Virus record (IMG/VR): IMGVR_UViG_3300017565_000001
Coordinates: 360,530-424,529 of that record
DNA from: a virus
Lineage: Duplodnaviria > Heunggongvirae > Uroviricota > Caudoviricetes
DNA length: 64,000 nucleotides
Strand: one strand, 5' to 3'
Position numbers and translations under genes: made by a program. This document shows, one piece after another, positions 57,206 through 64,000 of the stretch. The notes beneath the pieces are model-generated. The model did no database searches. It had not been told where the DNA came from and was given only the letters and a program-made list of their open reading frames with translations. Each line of letters starts with the position of its first letter. The first letter of the stretch is position 1.

Positions 57206-57732
57206 GTAAAGCTATTCAAGAATCACTTGAACTTCCAGTACTCGAGGACTTGTTGAAGTCCTCGTTTCAAGAAGGCGCGACTGACGAAGATGAAGTAACC
57301 GATGATATGGTTGAGCAACAGGAGTCAATCGACTTGGTTGAACAAATGGATGCGAACCTCTCAAGTGGTAATGTGCCCACGAATCTCGCAGATATTCAAG
57401 CGATCAAAGATCATGAAGGCGCAATGGACACCATTTATACGGAAACCCTGCAACATGCGAAGGATCTCATGGATCTGGGTTACAACGTGGACACTCGTTC
57501 TGCCGGCCGAATCTTTGAAAATGCCGCAAACATGTTCAAGATTGCCCTTGACTCCAAGAACTCAAAACGCGATGCTCAATTGAAACGATTGAAGCTGCAA
57601 CTTGACGAACGAAAGCAAGAATTGGCTGAGAAAGGCGCAAGAGGTGGTGAGGGCGAAGTAATTGATGGTGAAGTAACAATCATTGAAGATCGCAATGCGC
57701 TCATCAAGATGCTGAAGGGCAACAATAAATAA
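57202..57732 (+). CDS. Probable terminase small subunit
   Basis: Helical, DLMDLGYNV...RIFENA...DRNALIK; position between gp4 and terminase large subunit. Confidence 0.5.
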   Translation: MSKAIQESLELPVLEDLLKSSFQEGATDEDEVTDDMVEQQESIDLVEQMDANLSSGNVPTNLADIQAIKDHEGAMDTIYTETLQHAKDLMDLGYNVDTRSAGRIFENAANMFKIALDSKNSKRDAQLKRLKLQLDERKQELAEKGARGGEGEVIDGEVTIIEDRNALIKMLKGNNK

Positions 57733-57759
57733 AGACATAATTCAGCTCTGGAGAGCAAC

Positions 57760-58527
57760 ATGAATCTTAGACAATACATTGCGGAGAGCGAAAAGAAGTT
57801 CAGCTATCGCATCAAAAGCGTGGCCGACCTGCCCAGCGGCTTCGAACAAATCAAACGCTTCTTGCAGCGCTACAACTTGATTGATATCAAGAAGCCCAAG
57901 AAGACCATCATGCAAAAGAATCCCCTGGATTTTGAATCCGTACCCAATGCCGAGGTTTACATAATGGATGTGACGTTGGGGCTACCCATTAGCTCTTACG
58001 TGATTCAGCGTGAACTGGTTGGTGTACTGGGTCTTCCAGGTGACTATTTGGTGGTTCGCGGTGAGAATGATCCCGTGGAACAACAAGTTATCGCAGGTGA
58101 CCAATCAGCTGATATCAAGAAACAAGCTGAGAAGAAAGACCTGTCACCAGCCGCTCTTCTGGGTACTGACTCGCAATACCCCGAGGCTGAACAAACTGCT
58201 GATGGCTCCAATTATTACGGCAACAGCTACAACTCACGTCTATTGGATTATCTGGAAAAGCAATCCCAGGAACGTGTTGAAGCTATGAAGGTTGACGCTC
58301 CCGCTCCATTGTTCAAGTGGTTGGATATGCCCAAACCAGAAGTCGACAGCGACTTTAATCGCGACATCAAGAATCCAACAATTCTTCCCAAAGAAACTGA
58401 TGCTAAGGTCCCTACCCCGACCGGCAATTTCGATGATGAAGGAAAGGTTATGAAAAAGACCTACGTGGATTCGAAGGGCGCCACAAAGACGTTGACTGCC
58501 AAACCTAATTCTATTCGCAAGGACTAA
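57760..58527 (+). CDS. Hypothetical virion/head protein
   Basis: Late promoter 57725-31; starts MNLRQYIAESEKKFSYRIK. Confidence 0.7.
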   Translation: MNLRQYIAESEKKFSYRIKSVADLPSGFEQIKRFLQRYNLIDIKKPKKTIMQKNPLDFESVPNAEVYIMDVTLGLPISSYVIQRELVGVLGLPGDYLVVRGENDPVEQQVIAGDQSADIKKQAEKKDLSPAALLGTDSQYPEAEQTADGSNYYGNSYNSRLLDYLEKQSQERVEAMKVDAPAPLFKWLDMPKPEVDSDFNRDIKNPTILPKETDAKVPTPTGNFDDEGKVMKKTYVDSKGATKTLTAKPNSIRKD

Positions 58528-58529
58528 AG

Positions 58530-59402
58530 ATGAATATCGATCCTAAGATTATCGCTCGCCTGTTGAACTACGGCCAGGTACAAGAAAGCGAAAACCCATA
58601 TGATGTCACATTTGACACACCCGCTAGTCGTGGTGATGCCGCTGACCACAATCAAGTAAACGGCATGGGTGACAACCCCATGAAAGATCCTTCGATCCAA
58701 GAAGACGTGGCGATCACTCCCATTATGCTCAGCAAGCTGAACCATCTGCTGAATGGTATTGGCATTCAGGATTCAGACATTGCTATGGGTGATGTGGACC
58801 TGGACGCTGACAAAGCTGTCATGATTCTGAAGAACGTGACTGGTGAAACTCTAAACGGTGCCGCCGCCCAAGGCAAGATTGCTGGTATGATCACCCAGTT
58901 GGGTGATCGTCTGATGGGTAAGGACGAACCCCAAGTCAACTCCTCAGCCACCCAGCAAACTTCACAACTGGATGAGTTTCAGGATATTCCATATGGTAGC
59001 CGTTTCAGCTACGTGGTTGACAGCCTGGGCAACGTGAACATTTACGACGGCGATGCTGGTACGGCCGTGAATCTTACTGGCGAAGATGCCATGCAAGCTA
59101 TCGCTGAATTGCAAGCCGCCGGTGACGATGACGAAGCCATTCAACAAGTTTTGAGCCATTACCAACATGTGATGGAAAACGGCATCGTGGGTGACGAAAG
59201 CGAGATCGATGAAGGTCCAGAAGTGGATCAAATCGTCACGCAACTGGAAGCCATTCAAGCCCAACTCAAGCATGTTGTTGAGAACGCTACTGCCGTTCCT
59301 TCCAATAACGTTCATGACTGGTACAAGCAGAACATGGTTCAAAATGAACTGGAACCTGCTCTTGAAGCCGTTAACCGAGTATTGGCGCAACTAAAGGGCT
59401 AA
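58530..59402 (+). CDS. Hypothetical acidic head protein
   Basis: 290 aa, several (I/L/V)xE potential processing sites. Confidence 0.65.
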   Translation: MNIDPKIIARLLNYGQVQESENPYDVTFDTPASRGDAADHNQVNGMGDNPMKDPSIQEDVAITPIMLSKLNHLLNGIGIQDSDIAMGDVDLDADKAVMILKNVTGETLNGAAAQGKIAGMITQLGDRLMGKDEPQVNSSATQQTSQLDEFQDIPYGSRFSYVVDSLGNVNIYDGDAGTAVNLTGEDAMQAIAELQAAGDDDEAIQQVLSHYQHVMENGIVGDESEIDEGPEVDQIVTQLEAIQAQLKHVVENATAVPSNNVHDWYKQNMVQNELEPALEAVNRVLAQLKG

Positions 59403-59467
59403 TTCCCTTTCGCATAAATCATGGGGTATAGATGTGAATCTATACCCCATTTCTTCATAGAAAATAT

Positions 59468-61051
59468 ATGAGTGCAAACGATCTTATTAAGAAAGGCCAT
59501 ACGAAAGACACGTATAACGCCACCAAGTTGGATGAACTTGAACTGAGTACGGTAAATCCAATCTATTTCATTGAACGCTTTATCAAGGTGCAACACCCTA
59601 TCAAGGGTAGCGTGCCACTAGTCTTGTACCCATTCCAGAGGCGAATGGTTGAAGGCTTCTGGAAAAACCGTTTTGTTGTGGGCCTAACTGCTCGACAGAT
59701 GGGTAAGACTACAACGGCCGCCGCGTTTCTGTTGTGGAAAGCCATGTTCAACGCTGACACGCAGATTCTGATTGCGGCTAACAAGTTCTCCCAAGCTATG
59801 GAAATTATGGACCGTATTCGTTATTCATACGAAGAATGTCCTAATTATATCCGTGCCGGCGTGACCGAGTACAACAAGGGTACCATCACCTTTGACAATG
59901 GTTCCAGTATCACCGCTCGCGCAACTACAAGCGATGCTGGTCGTGGTCTGTCCATCACCCTCTTGTACCTGGACGAGTTCGCATTTGTGCGACCCAACAT
60001 GGCATCTGAGTTTTGGACTTCCATTCAACCAGTTCTGTCTACTGGTGGTGGATGCATTATTACCAGCACACCAAAGAGTGACGAAGATCAATTCGCACAG
60101 ATCTGGAAGGGCGCCAATGATAACGTAGACGACTATGGTAATACACGTCCCGACGGCACTGGTCGTAACGACTTCTTCCCTATCAAGGTGAAGTGGGATG
60201 AGCACCCAGAACGTGATGAAGCTTGGGCTGCTCCGTTCCGCGCATCCTTGGGTCCTGCTCGTTTTGCGCAGGAATTTGAATGTGAATTCGTTACTGACGA
60301 TGAAACATTGATCGAACCCATGGCATTGGCTCGTATGCGTGGTGCGAACCCTGAATTCTTTACTGGGACCATCCGTTGGTTTAAAGAACCAGAAGCAAAC
60401 AAAACATATCTGGTGGGCTTAGATCCTAGCCTGGGTACAGGTGGTGACTCATCTGCAATCCAAGTATTTGAGTTGCCTGGAATGATCCAAATTGCTGAAT
60501 GGCAACACAACAAGACTCCGCCCAGAGATCAAGTACGCCACCTGCTATACATTCTGAATTTGATTGATAGCGAACTCAGAGATAATTCAGACCAGGAGGG
60601 TGATCCAGTCATCTATTGGACTGTTGAAAACAATACTCTGGGTGAAGCTATCCTACAAATCATTGAGGATACGGGCGAACACGCTTTCCCCGGTACGTTC
60701 ATTAGTGAAAAGCGACGCCCTGGTGCTAGTCGCCGCTTCCGTAAGGGTCTGACTACCAACAACAGCAACAAACTGGTTGCCTGTTCCAAGTTCAAGAGCC
60801 TGGTTGAAAGTGATCGCATGAAAGTTAACAGCCAGCAATTGTTGAAACAACTGAAGACCTTTGTGAGCAGTGGTAGCAGTTATGCGGCAAAGAGTGGTGA
60901 ACATGATGACCTGGTTATGGCCGCCATGCTTTGCGTTCGTATGCTGGAAACAGTTATCAATTGGCTGGATGCTGAAGAATCAGAGGATCTCAAGGAAACA
61001 ATTAACTTGGATGATGACTTTGGTGATCCAATGCCCGTCATTATTGGGTAG
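59468..61051 (+). CDS. Terminase large subunit, gp17-like
   Basis: ARQMGKTT Walker A, LYLDEFAF Walker B, ITSTP, GLDPSLG, HDDLVMA; no intein or intron evident. Confidence 0.96.
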   Translation: MSANDLIKKGHTKDTYNATKLDELELSTVNPIYFIERFIKVQHPIKGSVPLVLYPFQRRMVEGFWKNRFVVGLTARQMGKTTTAAAFLLWKAMFNADTQILIAANKFSQAMEIMDRIRYSYEECPNYIRAGVTEYNKGTITFDNGSSITARATTSDAGRGLSITLLYLDEFAFVRPNMASEFWTSIQPVLSTGGGCIITSTPKSDEDQFAQIWKGANDNVDDYGNTRPDGTGRNDFFPIKVKWDEHPERDEAWAAPFRASLGPARFAQEFECEFVTDDETLIEPMALARMRGANPEFFTGTIRWFKEPEANKTYLVGLDPSLGTGGDSSAIQVFELPGMIQIAEWQHNKTPPRDQVRHLLYILNLIDSELRDNSDQEGDPVIYWTVENNTLGEAILQIIEDTGEHAFPGTFISEKRRPGASRRFRKGLTTNNSNKLVACSKFKSLVESDRMKVNSQQLLKQLKTFVSSGSSYAAKSGEHDDLVMAAMLCVRMLETVINWLDAEESEDLKETINLDDDFGDPMPVIIG

Positions 61052-61089
61052 TCACATAAATAACTGAACACTTTATTATTCGAGACGAT

Positions 61090-64000
61090 ATGATTGACTT
61101 TAGTGATTTCTGCACAGAGATTTTTCAAATTCTGCGCGCATACGGGCGAGATCTCGTTCTATATGACGAACAGGGTAATCGCGTTTACGAACCAGCTGAC
61201 GCTCGTCGTTTTTACATGCTGGGCGAAAACATTCTGTTGAGTATTCACGAAGATGGCGACAACAGTTCCTTGAAATTGTATTTGAGCAATTCCGTCAATT
61301 TGGACCAAGCAAATGGCTTCATTGAAATGCTTAGAAACATTGCCATCAAGTCCAATCTGCTTTTTCACGTTAAGAAGTTTGATAAAGAGATAAAACCACA
61401 AGATTTCGCCACTAGGGCGTCCGTTAATGAACAGGAGAATGTAAACATGAATCTAATGGAAGGTTTGTACGGCACCAGCAAGAGCTCTTACCTGAAGCTC
61501 GAAAGTGCCCGTATGATCGTTCGCCACAGTGCGAAGGTCAATGAGAATATGATCGGTAGCCGTGGCCGCAACATCCAGGCAATCTTTGTTGAAAACGCCC
61601 TGGGTGAGCGCTTCCTGTTCCCTGTGAACATGCTTTCCGGTGGCCGTGCTATGACTCAGCACGTCAACCAAGGTGGCACATTTGCGGACGAAGTTGGCCA
61701 ACAGATCATCCGCATGGCACAAGATTTCCGCAATCTGGCTCGTGTCCAACAACATGGCAAGACTGACGCCATTGCTCAACCCGAAACTTTTGCCTCAGTT
61801 CAGGAATCGATCCTGGAAGGTATGAAGTCAATCAAGCGCTCGTTTGGTCGTGTTTACGAAGCCAAGAGCTATGGTCGCGAAACTGGTCGTCTGACCGAAG
61901 CCGCAGCCCTGATGGAAGACAGCGAAAATCTGCAAGAAGCCGTGGCAGCATGGACGGGCATTCTGGGCGAAGGAATTGAACAAGAAGCTGTCCTGAGCCT
62001 CGCACGCTTGGTAAAGCTGCCAGAAGCCCAAGAAACCCTCGACGAAGAGATCATTGACGAAGCAAGTGCTGAAGAATTCACAGAAGTCGCCGAAGATGAA
62101 GTCACGGATGATGAAGGCGTTGGTAGCCAGATCGACCTGACTGTTGAAGGCACTGCTGAACAAGAAGCCCTCGAATGCAACGACAACCCAGTCATTAAGC
62201 AATTCAATGAATGGATGGCTGGCTTTGATCCAGAAAACTTCCTGGAAGGTAAAACTTTCAAGGACCAGAAGGATGGCGCTGACGTTGGTCGCAAGAAGAA
62301 GGAAGACAAGACTCGTCGCCAAGAACGCGATGCCAAGCGCAAGCCAGTTGAAGAAAGCGCTGGTCTGGTTGGTGAACCCGTCGAAGTATCAGGTCGTATC
62401 TCTGAACCAGGTTACTACATCGTAGACCGTGGTGACCGTCCAGTGTTTGGCCCCTTCAAGTCAGAAGGTGAAGCTGAACAGCACGGTGATACGGATGGTC
62501 GTTTCCGTGGTTTCAACGTTGAATACTTCAGTGACTTCGATATTAGCCGCCTGTACGAGGGCAAGACCTTCAAGCACGACGACGGTGATGACGACGGTTC
62601 GGATCCCAAGGGCAAGAAGAAGGACGCCAAGAAGAAGCGTGACGAAAAGAAGGAAAAGCGCGAACGAACTGACGAAGATCAGTCACTTGACCTGTGGAAG
62701 AACCAAGTCAAGGCTGCTCATCCAGAAGTTGCAGGTAAGCTGAAGTTCAAGGGCCGCCACGAAGATGGCAAGACTCTGGTTTCCGCTGAAATCGACGGCG
62801 AAGATCGCACTTACGGCGTCTTTGACATGGGTGACGAGAAGGGTGAAGTTCTGGAGAACAAGTTGAAGGAATTCGATACAAGCACCGAAGAACCTTCCAT
62901 TCATGATCTGAAGAGCCAATTGATGGCTGCGGAAATCAAATTGCGTTCCATGAGCCCATTCGATCCAGCCTACCAACAAGTTCTGACTCAGAAGCAAAAC
63001 GCAGAAGCCAAGCTGAAGGGTGCATCGCGTTATGGTCGCCCAGTTGTGGAAAACATGTTCCCCGACAATGATGACGACTATGAGGAAGATGACGTTAGCG
63101 ATCTTATCGCCAAGTATTCTAAAGATGGTTATGAAGTTCGTCGTGTCCCTCAACATGAATTGAACAATGCAAACATGTATTCCACGGTGTATCGCGTTTG
63201 GGATCTGCAGGCCAACAAGATGCTTGGTCTGGTCGGTTCAGAAGCTGATGGCTGGCGCCTCATTGATCAACACGTGAAGGAAACTGGCGGCAGCACAATG
63301 GAAAGTCAAATCAACGAATACGACCTGGATTCTGATTCAGATGACACTGAGTCCGAAGAGGGTGGTGATGTTCATGATCTGAAGAGCCAACTGGCGCAAA
63401 CCCAGTCTGAACTGTCCAAGATGAATGCATTCAGCCCCATGTATGGTCAAGTCATGCGCAAGCGTGATGAACTTCAGGGCAAGCTGAAGGGTATGAGCCG
63501 TTATGGTAAGGCCGTTGCGGAAGATTGGGCTGATGGTGATCTGATGGCTGAAGATGGCGATGCCGTATTCACGGATGAAGAAGAAGGTATGGTTTCTGAA
63601 TCCCCCAACAAGCCAATGATTCGTGATGATGGCTGGTTCCAGATTGATGCAGAAGTCATGCTCGACTCGGAAGAAATGGCCGACTACGAAGCTGAATTGG
63701 CTGACTTGGGTTACTTGGTCGATCGTGACTACGAGTGGAGTATTGCTGGTGGTGATGACACTCCAGATGGTATCATTGTCCGTTCTGATGCAATGCGCAA
63801 CGACCGCAAGGTGCGTGGTCTATTGGGTGAGATTCATGGTCCTGGTGCTTACGCCAATTTCGATGACGAAGAAGGCGAGGACGAGGATGAAGATGATGAA
63901 TTCAAAGAATCACATAAGTGTGATGATGTCATCCCAGCTAACCAGCAAAAGGACTTCAAGAAAGATGTCCAGAGTCCCAACAACGACGATGAAACGTATG
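61090..64000 (+). CDS. Large acidic, repeat-containing head/virion protein, truncated at window end (>970 aa)
   Basis: Not in ORF track; ATG 61090 after late promoter 61056-62; MIDFSDFCTEIFQILRAYG...; in-frame internal CAGGAG-ATG at 61447 (MNLMEGLYGTSKSSY); same frame coding-like at window end. Confidence 0.8.
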   Translation, partial: MIDFSDFCTEIFQILRAYGRDLVLYDEQGNRVYEPADARRFYMLGENILLSIHEDGDNSSLKLYLSNSVNLDQANGFIEMLRNIAIKSNLLFHVKKFDKEIKPQDFATRASVNEQENVNMNLMEGLYGTSKSSYLKLESARMIVRHSAKVNENMIGSRGRNIQAIFVENALGERFLFPVNMLSGGRAMTQHVNQGGTFADEVGQQIIRMAQDFRNLARVQQHGKTDAIAQPETFASVQESILEGMKSIKRSFGRVYEAKSYGRETGRLTEAAALMEDSENLQEAVAAWTGILGEGIEQEAVLSLARLVKLPEAQETLDEEIIDEASAEEFTEVAEDEVTDDEGVGSQIDLTVEGTAEQEALECNDNPVIKQFNEWMAGFDPENFLEGKTFKDQKDGADVGRKKKEDKTRRQERDAKRKPVEESAGLVGEPVEVSGRISEPGYYIVDRGDRPVFGPFKSEGEAEQHGDTDGRFRGFNVEYFSDFDISRLYEGKTFKHDDGDDDGSDPKGKKKDAKKKRDEKKEKRERTDEDQSLDLWKNQVKAAHPEVAGKLKFKGRHEDGKTLVSAEIDGEDRTYGVFDMGDEKGEVLENKLKEFDTSTEEPSIHDLKSQLMAAEIKLRSMSPFDPAYQQVLTQKQNAEAKLKGASRYGRPVVENMFPDNDDDYEEDDVSDLIAKYSKDGYEVRRVPQHELNNANMYSTVYRVWDLQANKMLGLVGSEADGWRLIDQHVKETGGSTMESQINEYDLDSDSDDTESEEGGDVHDLKSQLAQTQSELSKMNAFSPMYGQVMRKRDELQGKLKGMSRYGKAVAEDWADGDLMAEDGDAVFTDEEEGMVSESPNKPMIRDDGWFQIDAEVMLDSEEMADYEAELADLGYLVDRDYEWSIAGGDDTPDGIIVRSDAMRNDRKVRGLLGEIHGPGAYANFDDEEGEDEDEDDEFKESHKCDDVIPANQQKDFKKDVQSPNNDDETY

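Noticed and set aside
59468-61051. Intein or intron in the terminase large subunit
   Set aside because: 527 aa with contiguous ATPase and nuclease motifs; no intein-like insertion.
1-64000. CRISPR array, tRNA genes, stop-codon reassignment
   Set aside because: No regularly spaced identical repeats or cloverleafs seen by eye. Core genes are full length in the standard code, and TAG ends genes at 50831 and 61051.

Overview
This window is the virion-morphogenesis region of a large T4-related (jumbo-type) myophage read in the standard genetic code. It opens with a minus-strand baseplate block: a very large truncated wedge protein, gp6-, gp25-, gp5- (with SLT domain), gp27-, gp53- and gp48/54-like genes, and a nucleotidyltransferase. 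Next come a gp55-like late sigma factor, gp47/gp46, a resolvase-like nuclease and a gp26/gp51-like pair. The head module follows a tape-measure candidate: portal, two paralogous acidic core proteins, protease, scaffold and major capsid. An ~13 kb accessory region carries adhesin-like proteins, a kinase, an HNH nuclease, Pth2, a PP-loop enzyme, a DEDD exonuclease and a family of small paralogues. The window ends with neck gp13/gp14, endolysin, an HNH homing endonuclease, gp15, dNMP kinase, sheath, tube, gp4, the terminases and a truncated repeat-rich head protein. Late promoters are (A/C/G)TAAATA. Main unexplained signals: (1) a ~640-nt densely base-paired candidate RNA between sheath and tube, converging on a nuclease-less NUMOD3 gene; (2) a three-copy box-hairpin-box element (TCTTGATGA...CTCCAGGTAGA) at the edges of the accessory region; (3) an 18-bp pseudo-palindrome exactly 7 bp upstream of the four baseplate/tape-measure late promoters; (4) a T-TTT-TTC -1 frameshift site joining the gp26- and gp51-like ORFs; (5) an orphan copy of the gp15 N-terminus marking the homing-endonuclease insertion; (6) shared peptide modules and capsid-targeting-like N-termini, including on a kinase. 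All family assignments come from motif recognition and synteny by eye; no searches were run.
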